This document shows positions 29,073-39,716 of a stretch of 40,141 nucleotides of DNA, one piece after another. Source of the DNA: Elainellaceae cyanobacterium (GTDB lineage Bacteria; Cyanobacteriota; Cyanobacteriia; CAZCXK01). The notes beneath the pieces are model-generated. The model saw only the letters and a list, made by a program, of their open reading frames with translations. It did no database searches and was not told the DNA's origin. The stretch is from NCBI GenBank assembly GCA_051117555.1, contig JBNPEG010000141.1:1-40141 (forward strand), in the 5' to 3' direction. Position numbers and translations under genes: made by a program. How positions within the stretch are numbered: position 1 is the stretch's first letter; the number at the start of each line of letters is the position of its first letter.

Positions 29073-29210
29073 GGGAGGCATGTATTCATGGTTCTAACGG
29101 GTGCATTAGTCTCCAGATAACTCCTCACCACACAATTAGTGGATCAGCAGCCTTCAGAGATTTAAAGAGCGCAAAGCGGGATTCTTAGGAGTCTTGCTTT
29201 GCGCTTTTTT
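29073..29210 (+). ncRNA. Candidate small RNA with a Yfr1-like motif
   Basis: TAAATT -10-like hexamer at 29061-29066, a 5' stem-loop (29074-29114), unpaired ACTCCTCACCACAC (29120-29133) and a strong terminator. Confidence 0.5.
29164..29210 (+). terminator. Rho-independent terminator
   Basis: aaagagcgcaaagcgggattc-ttag-gagtcttgctttgcgctttttt. Confidence 0.85.
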
Positions 29211-29379
29211 AGAGCAATTGCCCCCCGATACAACTAGAAATCAGTGGTAGCGTATAAGAGAATCGACCATGGATTAAATCTGATCGAATACTTTTGTAAA
29301 TTTACTAGGCTATTGGCGCGGGTCTATCGAATAGTAGTGCATTTAGGTATTCCCGCCCGTAGATTTCACGGAGACGAAA

Positions 29380-30135
29380 GTGAACTCAACATTAGCTCTG
29401 ACTTTGATGCTGCTGTCCTTGATGTTTGGTGCGGTCATTGTAAGTGCATCGTGGGGATATGCGTTAGGACGAGAAGCACTCAAGGGAATCACGCAACCCG
29501 ATGTTCGTCCGACGGGCAATTTTAGCAATGCCCCCGATAATGCCTCAGATGCGCCTCCGCTTCAAGAAGAACTTCTGATCATCCCCGAAGACAAAATTCT
29601 GGAGGATGTAAAGGCGAAGATGGCAGGGCAGGCGGGGGCTGATGCATCGGCACCGAGTTCTCAATCCCTGTTGGCGCAAGGCAAGGCGATCGCCTCCACG
29701 AATCCCGATCAGCCATCGGATGATTCATCCTCATCCAATCATTCAAATCGTTTACCCTTTGAAGATGTTGCATTTGTCGACTCCAGTTCTCAATTTCCCA
29801 TTAAGACGCAGAGTCAAGGTGTTACGCTAGAGGTCTTTGCAGTCCGTCAGCAGGGAAATGAGCTTTCCATCGAATTTAGCATCGAAAACCAAAGTAATCA
29901 GCATGTTCAGTTTTACGACGAATTTTTGAGGATTACCGATCGCAACGGTCGCCTATTTGACGCAGACCTAAGCGGTTTGCCGGAGCAAATTCGTCCGGAT
30001 AGTGGTTTAGTTATGGGAACGATCAGCATTCCATCAATGCGTTTGTACGGCGGCAACAGCCTGTCTCTGACTTTTACCAATTATCCTGACCAAGATATTC
30101 AGCTACAAATTTCAGATATTCCTATTTCAAGATAG
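29380..30135 (+). CDS. Hypothetical membrane-anchored protein
   Basis: N-terminal transmembrane segment plus WGYALGREALKGITQPD, a low-complexity linker and a beta-rich C-terminal domain. Confidence 0.8.
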   Translation: MNSTLALTLMLLSLMFGAVIVSASWGYALGREALKGITQPDVRPTGNFSNAPDNASDAPPLQEELLIIPEDKILEDVKAKMAGQAGADASAPSSQSLLAQGKAIASTNPDQPSDDSSSSNHSNRLPFEDVAFVDSSSQFPIKTQSQGVTLEVFAVRQQGNELSIEFSIENQSNQHVQFYDEFLRITDRNGRLFDADLSGLPEQIRPDSGLVMGTISIPSMRLYGGNSLSLTFTNYPDQDIQLQISDIPISR

Positions 30136-30204
30136 GTTACACATCAAATGATTGATCATGCCTCGAACGCCCCTTCCAACGCTTGAACATTTCATTGCGT
30201 TGTC

Positions 30205-31890
30205 ATGCTCTCTCAGCCGCGGCTATTCCTTATGGTTCCTCTTGATCCAGTTTTAAGCGCAACTGGCTCATCATCATTGCTGACGGGTTCGGAGGTGCTT
30301 TTGCGTCTGTTGTCAGTATTTTTACTGATTGCGATCAATGCGTTCTTTGTGACGGCTGAGTTCGCGATTGTTTCAGTGCGGCGATCGCGCATTAATCAGC
30401 TTGCCTCTGCTGGAGACGTGCAAGCCAAAACGGTTCAAGATCTACAGCGCGGCATTGAACGACTGCTATCGACCACCCAGCTTGGCATCACCCTATCAAG
30501 TCTGGCACTTGGTTGGATTGGCGAAAGCACCATGGCACACCCCATTGCGTTTTGGTTGACCCAGTGGTCGCTGCCCCAATCTATTAGCCAAGGCTTTGCC
30601 CATACCATCGCCACCCCGGTTGCATTCTTTTTGATCGCATACTTACAAATTGTTCTGGGTGAGCTTTGCCCCAAATCATTAGCCCTGATTTATCCTGAAC
30701 AACTGGCCCGGTTTCTCGGCACTCCCAGTCTGGCGATCGCCCGAATTTTTAATCCCTTCATTTGGATCTTAAATCAATCCACTCGATGGCTACTGAGGCT
30801 GTTTGGAGTTCATTCTCGGCAAGAAAACCTCTATAACCGAGTCACCCCAGAAGAACTACAGCTCATTATCAGCACCACAACAGAATCTCCGGGACTCGAA
30901 GAAGAAGAACGAGAACTGCTCACCAACGTCTTTGAATTTGGTGATGTAACCGCGGGAGAGGTGATGATTCCTCGAACCAGTATTGTCGCCATTCCTGCGG
31001 ATGCGACCTTTGAAACCTTGCTTCGAGAAGTCAGCTTATCCGGGCATTCTCGCTATCCAATTATGGGCGAATCGCTAGATGATATTAGCGGCATTATCCA
31101 TTTCAAAGGAATTGCAGAACCTTTAGTCAATGGAGTGCTGATGCTAGACAGCCCAATCCAACCTTGGGTTCGTCCAGCTCGCTTTGTTCCTGAGCACATG
31201 CCCCTCAGTGAGCTTCTCCATCTAATGCGGCGAAATGCTCAGCCCATGGTCATGGTCGTCGATGAATTTGGGGGCACAGCGGGGCTAGTGACCATTCAAG
31301 ACTTGGCAGCCGAAATTATTGGAGATGCTTACGAGATCGAAAGCTCAGAAGAACTGGATGTCCAGATGCTGGATGACCAAACTTTTTTGGTTCAAGCACA
31401 AATGGACATTGAAGAGGTCAACGAGCTCCTAAACCTCGATCTTCCTCTTACCGAAGAATATCAGACGTTGGGAGGCTTTATGATTGATCAACTCCAGAAA
31501 ATCCCTGTTCCGGGAGAAAGACTCGCCTATGACCATTACGAAATGATTTTGGTGTCGGCAGAAGGGCCGCGGCTCCATCAGATTCAAATTCAACGGCTTG
31601 ATTCTAGACCTAACGAATATGACCTAGACGACTCTCATTCGTACGATGAGTTTAGTTCTGATGGCTCTCGGTATATGTCCAGCGAAGACTTGGGGTTGCC
31701 CCCATCGACCGAAGATCGGCATTATGCCTCACCGGAATCTCAGTTGCCCTCTGATTCACATCAATCAGGAGAAGACGGTGATTTAGACGAGAGTTACTCG
31801 GATGATGATCGGTCGTCATTGTCTGGAAACGCGTCTGGAAATAATATCGATATTACGAATCATTCAGGAACTCCTAATCAACCCCCATAG
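30205..31890 (+). CDS. Hemolysin/CNNM (DUF21)-CBS-CorC family protein
   Basis: NAFFVTAEFAIV, TQLGITLSSLALG, VLGELCPK, CBS pair (VMIPR, HSRYPI, VVDEFGGTAGLVT) and CorC domain (YQTLGGF); long acidic tail. Confidence 0.93.
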   Translation: MLSQPRLFLMVPLDPVLSATGSSSLLTGSEVLLRLLSVFLLIAINAFFVTAEFAIVSVRRSRINQLASAGDVQAKTVQDLQRGIERLLSTTQLGITLSSLALGWIGESTMAHPIAFWLTQWSLPQSISQGFAHTIATPVAFFLIAYLQIVLGELCPKSLALIYPEQLARFLGTPSLAIARIFNPFIWILNQSTRWLLRLFGVHSRQENLYNRVTPEELQLIISTTTESPGLEEEERELLTNVFEFGDVTAGEVMIPRTSIVAIPADATFETLLREVSLSGHSRYPIMGESLDDISGIIHFKGIAEPLVNGVLMLDSPIQPWVRPARFVPEHMPLSELLHLMRRNAQPMVMVVDEFGGTAGLVTIQDLAAEIIGDAYEIESSEELDVQMLDDQTFLVQAQMDIEEVNELLNLDLPLTEEYQTLGGFMIDQLQKIPVPGERLAYDHYEMILVSAEGPRLHQIQIQRLDSRPNEYDLDDSHSYDEFSSDGSRYMSSEDLGLPPSTEDRHYASPESQLPSDSHQSGEDGDLDESYSDDDRSSLSGNASGNNIDITNHSGTPNQPP

Positions 31891-31901
31891 CGATCGCACC
31901 T

Positions 31902-32354
31902 ATGAAGTATTGGTTAATGAAATCTGAACCAGACGTTTATGGCATTGCAGACTTAGAGGCCGATCAGACGACCCTTTGGGATGGGGTCCGCAATTATCAA
32001 GCGCGTAACTTCATGCGAGATATGCAACCGAATGATTTGGCGTTTTTTTACCACTCCAACACCAAGCCGCCTGGTATCGCCGGACTCATGACAATTGTCG
32101 AATCAGGAATTGCGGATCCGACGCAGTTTGATCCCCAGAGCAAATATTACGATCCAAAGTCTCAGCTTGACTCGCCTCGGTGGCAAACCGTGACCGTCGC
32201 GTTCGTAAAATCATTTTCTCACCTCGTATCGCTGGATACCCTCCGAAACCAGTTTGACCCAGAGGAGTTATGGATTTTGAGACGAGGCAATCGGCTTTCT
32301 ATCATCCCCGTTGACGACGCAGTGGCTCAGAAAATTTTAGAGATGGCGGCTTAG
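31902..32354 (+). CDS. EVE domain protein
   Basis: YWLMKSEP, WDGVRNYQARNFMR, FFYHSN and RLSI.PV. Confidence 0.95.
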   Translation: MKYWLMKSEPDVYGIADLEADQTTLWDGVRNYQARNFMRDMQPNDLAFFYHSNTKPPGIAGLMTIVESGIADPTQFDPQSKYYDPKSQLDSPRWQTVTVAFVKSFSHLVSLDTLRNQFDPEELWILRRGNRLSIIPVDDAVAQKILEMAA

Positions 32355-32478
32355 GGGTTGTAAAAAACAACATCACAGTTTGGTTGAACCATAGGGTGCT
32401 GTATAGCCTTTCAGGCATGGCTACGCTAAAGCGTCAGCGAACGCACCACCAGAGGTTTATTTTTTAACAAGCCTTTAG
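32352..32478. repeat. Nested repeat: imperfect outer inverted repeat, REP-like core and ~28-nt insertion
   Basis: Imperfect arms taggggttgtaaaaaa / ttttttaacaagccttta enclose agggtgctg[tatagcctttcaggcatggctacgctaa]agcgtcagcgaacgcacc. Confidence 0.6.
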
Positions 32479-32542
32479 CATTGATTAAAACTGTATAAGA
32501 CCCAGCGGTCAAGGAACATTTGAACATAGAGTATCTATGATC

Positions 32543-33484
32543 CTACGAATGTTCGTAGGGGTCTGAAGCCTGATCGAGAGGAGCGCTGGGGGCGTCAGAC
32601 GACTGGTTTACAGAGTCTTCTAGTCCTGGAGCCCTGTCTGTTGGTGACTCTGATGGAGGTGCCTCCGGCGATGACGCGGCTCCGTTCACCGACGTGTCGG
32701 AACCAGGAGCATTCTCAGCGCGTTCGTCCGAACCCACAGCATCTATTTTGTTAATATCAGCCGTATCCGATGCTGTCTCAAGTTCTTCAAATTCTGCGTC
32801 GATTAGGTCGTCAGAGTCGTGGGTCGCGTAACTCGGTGTGGAACGTGCTGTCTCTGAGGATGCGCGATGCTGAGACGACGCATCCGGAGAGGTTTCCTTA
32901 GGCTGACTAGGCTGACTGAATCGACCCATCAGTTGCTGCAGGCGATCGCCCGCTTCAGTTGCAACCTGGGCAAGGCGATCGCCAATGGGTTGAAATACAG
33001 ATTTAGATTTGGATTGAGATGCAGGGTCGGCCTGAGAAGGCTGATTGGTTTGAAAGGCTGAAATCCGGGTGGCGATCGCCTCTGCTAGTCGGGCTAACGA
33101 TCGATTTAACCCACCCGGAAGCTTCACGGCACGAATTTTTTGGGGAAAATCTGCTGCCCATTCTTGAGCCTTGTTTTGAATGACCTCGCCAAGAGATGTG
33201 GCTCCGCCTGGAAGGGGGGTGCGCTGATTTTTGGGAGTCAGTGCGCGGCGCTGGTGCAAATTTTGCCAGCCAAACCAGCCAATCAGCGCCACGCTAGCAC
33301 CGTGTCCAAGCAAAACTCCTCCATTGATTTGCCCAGCACAAACCCACAACACAAGCGCATAAAACATCCCGACTCCGCTCCAGGTCAGATCATATTTTCG
33401 ATAGACCTCCGGAAAAAAGAAGGCAGACATATAAAGCGCAAAACTGCCTAGGGCAACCGTTATAGCCAGGATGTATGCTAACAT
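32543..33484 (-). CDS. Ycf66-family protein with a long disordered C-terminus
   Basis: MLAYILA...AFFFPEVYRKYDLTWSGVGMFYALVLWVCAGQI.G.VLLG N-terminal membrane domain. Confidence 0.85.
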   Translation of the reverse strand: MLAYILAITVALGSFALYMSAFFFPEVYRKYDLTWSGVGMFYALVLWVCAGQINGGVLLGHGASVALIGWFGWQNLHQRRALTPKNQRTPLPGGATSLGEVIQNKAQEWAADFPQKIRAVKLPGGLNRSLARLAEAIATRISAFQTNQPSQADPASQSKSKSVFQPIGDRLAQVATEAGDRLQQLMGRFSQPSQPKETSPDASSQHRASSETARSTPSYATHDSDDLIDAEFEELETASDTADINKIDAVGSDERAENAPGSDTSVNGAASSPEAPPSESPTDRAPGLEDSVNQSSDAPSAPLDQASDPYEHS

Positions 33485-34034
33485 CGCGTTTCTCCCATCC
33501 AATCTGAGGCTTGCATACTCTCATTTTGATCGAGATTGTTCCCCTCAACGCAGATTAATCCAGAAAAAATTTCTTAGACCGACTTCTTGAATAGGTTTCT
33601 GTAAACCGCTCGCCCTCATACAATCTTGACCTAACCTACTGCTGGAATGAATTGCCAGAGTCTTGTTCATGCTTGGGGAGAGGCAATTCAGAATAGGTCT
33701 TCAGAGAGAACTATTTGATGCAGTTGGATTCATGCAATTTGAGTAAGCAGGTGTGTCTGAGATGCAATGATGGCGGATGCAGCATTCGAACAGTTTGGAG
33801 ACTTGATATGGAAGTGTTGAGAAAATTGATTAATTTTTGTAAACTCATAACGAAAGGTTGGATTTTCTATAATTTATGTATATCAAACCGTATAGGCTAT
33901 CCAACGGGCGTTTGCGGACTTTAAATCAGGCATAAGCCCTATGAAGGACGAGCGGTTTTAGCCAAAAGTGTCGTATGTTACTACATAGTTGAGTGAAATA
34001 TTAATTTTTACGACGAGTTCAGATAGTATCAAAA

Positions 34035-34250
34035 ATGTGGTTTATCGCATCTCTACTTACCGCCATTGGCGCAGCGTACATTTACGAAAAATCTGAGAAT
34101 GTGTCGGCTGAATTGGCGATCGCCTGCGTTGCCGTTGCGCTGATCGGTTCGATACTCACCATCATTTCTGCACCGTGGCCGATTCAATTGGTATTGCTCG
34201 TATTGGCGCTGTTTTCGTATCGGTTCACAAAAATGAACCCAATCAATTAG
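34035..34250 (+). CDS. Small membrane protein
   Basis: 71 aa, mostly hydrophobic, with an APWPIQL motif. Confidence 0.7.
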   Translation: MWFIASLLTAIGAAYIYEKSENVSAELAIACVAVALIGSILTIISAPWPIQLVLLVLALFSYRFTKMNPIN

Positions 34251-34686
34251 TCCAATCGCAGCTAGTCCAATCGCAGCGGATGTTGAGCTAATTTGCTGCC
34301 CAGAAGGTTTTGAGAACGTATTGTAGACTGACTTAAATTTTTTGCCGCTTCAGTAACTTTTTGCAGTCAAATCAGTCTATTTCTCTAGGCACAAATTGGT
34401 TTGCTAACAATTTCTTCGCCAAGTGAGGAAGGGGTAGCAAAGCATCATCGTGTATGCTAACTATCTAAGCCACAAAAGCTGTCTGATCAGTCGGATATGC
34501 GTATGAAGTTTGTGGTAAATGGGAGTGTGCCTTCTTGTGCCTGGAACAATATCAGGTCAGTATGAGCAGTTATAGGCAGAGCAGGCATAAGCGGACTATC
34601 GGCCAGATTAATCCAGGACCACGGTGAACGATTTCACGGTGAGGAGTAGGCAACGATACTAGAAAGATAAGGGGAGCGCTGAGCCA

Positions 34687-37548
34687 GTGACTCAAGAATT
34701 TCACATCTCTGTAACCCCAGTCAGGGGAGATGAATATTTGGTGCGCGTCGAGCAGGTAGAACCCGGTGTGCCATTGGCAGAGGAGCAGCTGATCTGGACA
34801 GTTGACGAGTGGCTTGACTATGCGCGCCAACTCATGAATAATCCCCTTTTGGGTGTTTTGCAGGGCGATCGCGTCAACCGGGTTGCCGACCCTGATTTGC
34901 CTCTCCATAATTCGTCTATGGCAGATGTTTCTGAGTCTTCTTTGAGTTTTATCAAGCTGGGGCGATCGCTCTACTCAGCACTTTTTCAGGGAACGCTGCG
35001 CGACAGTTGGATGACTGCTCAAGGGATTGCTCAACATCGAGGCGAAGTGTTGAGACTCCGATTGGGGCTTAAGGGTGCGCGTTTGCCCAAGATTCCGTGG
35101 GAGGTGCTGCAAGATGATGGACGGAGCAGTTCAGGGCTCCTTTCTCGCCCGATCGCCACTGGACGAGACATCGTATTTTCTCGATATCAGCCGGGGTCTA
35201 GACGAGTCTGGGCCGGAACATCGCCCGCATTAGATCCCCATCAACCGGTTCGAGTACTGATGGCGATCGCTGCTCCTACTGACCAGCAACAGCTCGATCT
35301 CAAGCGAGAAGCGCTCCATTTACAACAAGAGCTACGCCACCAAGGGCAAGCATTTTCCCAGAGCATGATTGGCATCTTGCCCGATATTCAGCTCACTATT
35401 TTGGAGCAGCCCGGACGTGAAGAGCTAGCTCATGCTATTGAGCAAGGTCGGTATCATGTATTTCACTACGCTGGGCACAGTAACCTGAGTGCTGGCGGTG
35501 GAATTCTCTATTTGGTTAACCGAGAGACCGGACTTACGGAAACTCTAAATGGGGATGATTTGGCAGGGCTATTGGCTAATAATGGTGTCCGCATGGTGGT
35601 GTTTAACTCATGCCGGGGATCATATTCAGCTACGGCTGATCCAAGTGCTCGCATTGATGACCGTAGCCTTACGGAAGCACTCGTTGGGCGAGGGATTCCA
35701 GCCGTATTGGCCATGGCTGAGCAAATTCCTGACGGCGTTGCTCTGACGCTCACTCGGCTGTTCTATCGAAATTTAAAGCAGGGGTATCCGGTTGATTTGA
35801 GTCTTAGCCGTGCACGGCAAGGACTATTGTCATCCTATGGTGGGCATCAGCTCTATTGGGCTCTGCCTGTGCTATATCTTCACTCAGAGTTTGATGGATA
35901 TTTAACAAGTGGCGATCGCTCTCTCGATAACCCCGCCGATTCGTTGGTGCGAATGCCGCAGCTTTACCCGTCGTCGGGAGCCATTGAGTCCTACGAATCA
36001 ACGGCATTTCAAAATAATTATCCTCCCTCCTCATTCGATACGCCTGACATGGCAGATGAGGGATACCTTGAAGCAGATAATATCGATGAATTGGTCAATC
36101 GATTGACCTATGGCGACGAGGCAGCCGATGAGTCGAATGAGCCTAACGAGCCTAATGACGACATGTGGATGGATGAGTCAACGGTTCCGGGCGATCGCTC
36201 CTCCAATGGTCGAGGCTCCTTTTCTGCGTACAACGACTTTGACCCGCTCAGCAACGGGCTGCGATATGACGACGCAGAATCGTCGATGTCAGATCTGGTG
36301 CGGGAGCTATCTGATCCACTCTATGAACCGCCAAACTCTGAGGCATTTGGCCCGCTAGCAGTCGATGACGATTTGAACTTCGAGGCATCGGCGGAGGATG
36401 AATCAGAGTCAAATTTTTTCCACCCTAATGCTCCACGAGGAGTATCGTCGCGATCGCCCGTTTCATCTCAGCATCCTCCCTCTAGGCAAGCTTATGATCG
36501 CCTGTCAAACAACTTTTCAGACGATCCGGAGCTATTTGATGCCCCCGAATTAGACGCTCAAGAGCCCACCAACGGCGCTCATCCGCCTGCCCGACCCTTG
36601 CTGGTGCACCCCGATCCTCCCCGTTCACACCCCGAAGCTCGGACAGTGCGCCATTCGATCGACCGACGGTTAATTTGGTTGCCGCTGGTTGGGTTGGGTA
36701 TAGTAGTGCTGATCGGTGGTGGATATTGGGTATTTAATAATCGCCAAGCCCTATTCCCAGCGCCTCAATCGTCCGATTCGGCATCGCCACCAGAAGCGCC
36801 TTCTAGAGAATTACCGGAAGATTTGCGCCCTCAAGAGAGCAATTTATTGGCTCAGCAAGCAATCACTCAGTTTAACCAAGGTGACCTCGACGCAGGTGCT
36901 CAAGCAGTAGAAACCTTACTTGATCAGAATGCCTTAATTCAGGCTAGATCGGCGCTTAATGTCGTGCCGCTTGACGACATTGACAATCCAGAAATTAGCT
37001 TCTTGCGCGGACGGTTGGTGTGGCAGCTTATTCAGCAGGGAGATTTTGATTTTAGCGTCAATGATGCTCGCCGCTATTGGGAAGTTGCAACCCGAGGAGA
37101 ACCGAATTCTGCTCGTTATGCGAATGCCCTCGGGTTTGCCTTTTATCAAGATGGTCAGTTTGCAGAGGCTATTGACTCTTGGCAGCGATCGCTCGCGATT
37201 CTCGAATCGCAGGGCATCGAGGTGCTGTCGTGGCCAGAACTTGGGCAACAGTTCCAAGCCTCAGGAGCCACTGAACCGATTCAATTGCCACCCGAAACAG
37301 ACGCATTAACGGCATATGCTGGCATGGCATTGGCATTGGCAAAATCGGCAGATTCTCCCGATGTCGAACAATCGCCGGATGAGATGTTGCAACAGGCGAT
37401 TTGGCTACATCGATCGGTATTGGCCTCTGATCCGGTCAATTTTGAGCCGCAGAGCCTTAGTACTAACTGGCTGTGGACTCCGGCTTCACTCGAAGATTGG
37501 CAGCAGCTCTCATCTCTGACGCTGGGGACCTCGGCTGAGGAGGATTAG
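34687..37548 (+). CDS. hetF: HetF-like CHAT (caspase-HetF) domain protease with a transmembrane helix and TPR region
   Basis: N-terminus MTQEFHISVTPV...YLVR.EQV.PGVPLAEE matches HetF as I recall it; catalytic His (HYAGHS) and Cys (VFNSC); transmembrane helix (LIWLPLVGLGIVVLIGGGYWVF). Confidence 0.88.
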   Translation: MTQEFHISVTPVRGDEYLVRVEQVEPGVPLAEEQLIWTVDEWLDYARQLMNNPLLGVLQGDRVNRVADPDLPLHNSSMADVSESSLSFIKLGRSLYSALFQGTLRDSWMTAQGIAQHRGEVLRLRLGLKGARLPKIPWEVLQDDGRSSSGLLSRPIATGRDIVFSRYQPGSRRVWAGTSPALDPHQPVRVLMAIAAPTDQQQLDLKREALHLQQELRHQGQAFSQSMIGILPDIQLTILEQPGREELAHAIEQGRYHVFHYAGHSNLSAGGGILYLVNRETGLTETLNGDDLAGLLANNGVRMVVFNSCRGSYSATADPSARIDDRSLTEALVGRGIPAVLAMAEQIPDGVALTLTRLFYRNLKQGYPVDLSLSRARQGLLSSYGGHQLYWALPVLYLHSEFDGYLTSGDRSLDNPADSLVRMPQLYPSSGAIESYESTAFQNNYPPSSFDTPDMADEGYLEADNIDELVNRLTYGDEAADESNEPNEPNDDMWMDESTVPGDRSSNGRGSFSAYNDFDPLSNGLRYDDAESSMSDLVRELSDPLYEPPNSEAFGPLAVDDDLNFEASAEDESESNFFHPNAPRGVSSRSPVSSQHPPSRQAYDRLSNNFSDDPELFDAPELDAQEPTNGAHPPARPLLVHPDPPRSHPEARTVRHSIDRRLIWLPLVGLGIVVLIGGGYWVFNNRQALFPAPQSSDSASPPEAPSRELPEDLRPQESNLLAQQAITQFNQGDLDAGAQAVETLLDQNALIQARSALNVVPLDDIDNPEISFLRGRLVWQLIQQGDFDFSVNDARRYWEVATRGEPNSARYANALGFAFYQDGQFAEAIDSWQRSLAILESQGIEVLSWPELGQQFQASGATEPIQLPPETDALTAYAGMALALAKSADSPDVEQSPDEMLQQAIWLHRSVLASDPVNFEPQSLSTNWLWTPASLEDWQQLSSLTLGTSAEED

Positions 37549-38345
37549 AGCTGATCTGCGCCCAGACCTGACTCGTCCCATGATGAGAGCGATCGCCGAT
37601 GTCGGATATCAAGCTCGTCTAATGAAATCGCCTCAGGCAAACGGACGGGAGTACCATCATTGCTTTTATCTAGTAGCTCCGCTGCGTCTGACTCAAGCTT
37701 GGGAGGAAGGACCGGACGACGGCGGACACGAGAAACAGGGGTTGATGGAAAACGAGCTACAGATGGATCTGCTGCGTCGGTAGAAAGCTCTGTTTCAGAG
37801 GACGAGGATGGCTCTGCTTTTGGCGATGAAGAACTAGAGACAAGGCGGTTGGAGGACTTTTTCGATGTCAATCGGGAGGGCGATCGCGTCAGGCGGCGAG
37901 GGGGACGCACCCGTTGAACAATCATCAGCGACCCCAACGAACATCCCAACACGATTGAAACCAATGACAGCATGGGTAAGGCTCGCGTCTCCGACATTGA
38001 CGGCTGATCCGCAACTCGTTCAGATGAGGGTGTTTTAGGCAGTGAGGACGGCAGAGACTCTTGCCGTTCTGCAAATTGTGGAGTGATTAGCACCAGCGTC
38101 GCAACAAACGCAATATCTAGCAGCACAATCCAAAGAGCAATGGCTACGAGAGCAGGGCGTTGCCGCACAAATGCTAGCAGTATTTGGATAGAATTTAGTC
38201 TAGACGTACGGAGTGGAGACTGATGAGTTGGATCATCTGACTGGCTAGAGTCTGATTGTGTCGTAGATTCAGATGCGGATTCAGCGATACGCTGTGCATC
38301 AACCCACTGCGGTGTACTCTGGGGGTTTGGGTGGGTGTTAGCCAT
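37545..38345 (-). CDS. Hypothetical membrane protein (two transmembrane segments, Ser/Pro-rich)
   Basis: 266 aa ORF; its stop codon overlaps the hetF stop. Confidence 0.7.
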   Translation of the reverse strand: MANTHPNPQSTPQWVDAQRIAESASESTTQSDSSQSDDPTHQSPLRTSRLNSIQILLAFVRQRPALVAIALWIVLLDIAFVATLVLITPQFAERQESLPSSLPKTPSSERVADQPSMSETRALPMLSLVSIVLGCSLGSLMIVQRVRPPRRLTRSPSRLTSKKSSNRLVSSSSSPKAEPSSSSETELSTDAADPSVARFPSTPVSRVRRRPVLPPKLESDAAELLDKSNDGTPVRLPEAISLDELDIRHRRSLSSWDESGLGADQL

Positions 38346-38451
38346 ACAGAGTGCTGCAATCCTAGTCTGTCATGAGTATAAGTGTACCCAATCTAACTTG
38401 ATTAGCTTAATTAATCCAGGCGTTTAAAACGATTTTCAGCTCAATTCGTCC

Positions 38452-39576
38452 CTAACCACTGTGCCGTTCTAAGGCAAGCTGGATTAACTGGTCGACGAGT
38501 TCTGCAAACGAAATACCGCTGGCTTCCCACAGTTGAGGATACATGCTCGTGGCTGTAAAACCTGGCATTGTATTAATTTCATTAATCAATATGTCTCCCG
38601 TGGACTCCACATAGAAAAAATCGACCCGCGCTAGTCCGGCGGCATCGACGGCGAGGAACGCTTGCACCGCCATATCTCTAATTTTCTGGGCGATCGCCTC
38701 TGGTATGGGAGCCGGAATTTTTAAGTCGGCGCGCCCATCGGTGTACTTGGTTTCGTAATCATAGAAATCGCTATCAAAGGAAATCTCACCGACCACCGAA
38801 GCTTTTGGCTGGTCGTTACCTAAAACCGCGCACTCCAGTTCTCTGGCCGTGACTCCTTGTTCCACTATTAAGCGCCGATCATAGCTAGCGGCGTTGTCTA
38901 AAGCCTCCTCAAGCGCATCGCGCGATCGCACCTTGGCAACGCCTACCGATGAGCCAAGATTGGCAGGCTTTACAAAGGCTGGGTATCCCAGCATTTCTTC
39001 AATGCGATCGCACAGTTTTGGGAACACACAGGGGTTTGACCAAATTTCGGCACGACGAACTGGAACATACTTCACCTGAGACAACCCAGCCTGAGCAAAC
39101 GCCATCTTCATGGCAATTTTGTCCATGCCCATGGCCGATCCTAAGACTTCTGAGCCAACAAACGGAGCCTGCATTAGTTTGAGAAGTCCTTGAATCGTAC
39201 CGTCTTCTCCATTTGGACCATGAAGCACCGGAAACCAAACGTCAACCTCTGAGACTTGAGAATACGTAGGCAGGCGATCGAATGCTGACGAGTGGGCGGG
39301 CGTCAGACCGGGGTCTGGTGAACGATCTGAGCGGTCTGACGGGTTCTCTAAGGGCTGACTCTCAGAGAGTTGCGGCACTCCCGAGTCTAATACGTGCTGA
39401 GCGACCTCACCCATCAACCAACGTCCGTCTTTTTGAATATGAACTGGAAGTATTGAGTACCGGACTGCATTAGAGTCTGCCGTGAGCGCATCGGCGATCG
39501 CCCGTGCTGATCGAATCGAAACCTCGTGTTCTCCCGAACATCCGCCAAAAATCAGTCCAATCTTCAGGTGTGTCAT
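38452..39576 (-). CDS. ddl: D-alanine--D-alanine ligase
   Basis: [44 protein letters not shown] and [10 protein letters not shown]. Confidence 0.97.
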   Translation of the reverse strand: MTHLKIGLIFGGCSGEHEVSIRSARAIADALTADSNAVRYSILPVHIQKDGRWLMGEVAQHVLDSGVPQLSESQPLENPSDRSDRSPDPGLTPAHSSAFDRLPTYSQVSEVDVWFPVLHGPNGEDGTIQGLLKLMQAPFVGSEVLGSAMGMDKIAMKMAFAQAGLSQVKYVPVRRAEIWSNPCVFPKLCDRIEEMLGYPAFVKPANLGSSVGVAKVRSRDALEEALDNAASYDRRLIVEQGVTARELECAVLGNDQPKASVVGEISFDSDFYDYETKYTDGRADLKIPAPIPEAIAQKIRDMAVQAFLAVDAAGLARVDFFYVESTGDILINEINTMPGFTATSMYPQLWEASGISFAELVDQLIQLALERHSG

Positions 39577-39716
39577 CGGGGGGCTGCCCTTGTCTCGTGT
39601 TACACATGCCAAGAGTTACTCTACCACTAGACCTAGGACGTATTTTTGATGGCCGCTCACGTCTTAAGAGCCCCATTATGCTGAAGCTCTTATGATAATG
39701 ATTGGTTTACTTATGA

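Noticed and set aside
33715..33924. 69-aa ORF in the ycf66 upstream region
   Set aside because: No ribosome-binding site or motif, and the composition is promoter-like; probably non-coding.
932..39501. High density of GCGATCGC
   Set aside because: This is the well-known cyanobacterial HIP1 octamer; it is useful for taxonomy but not novel.
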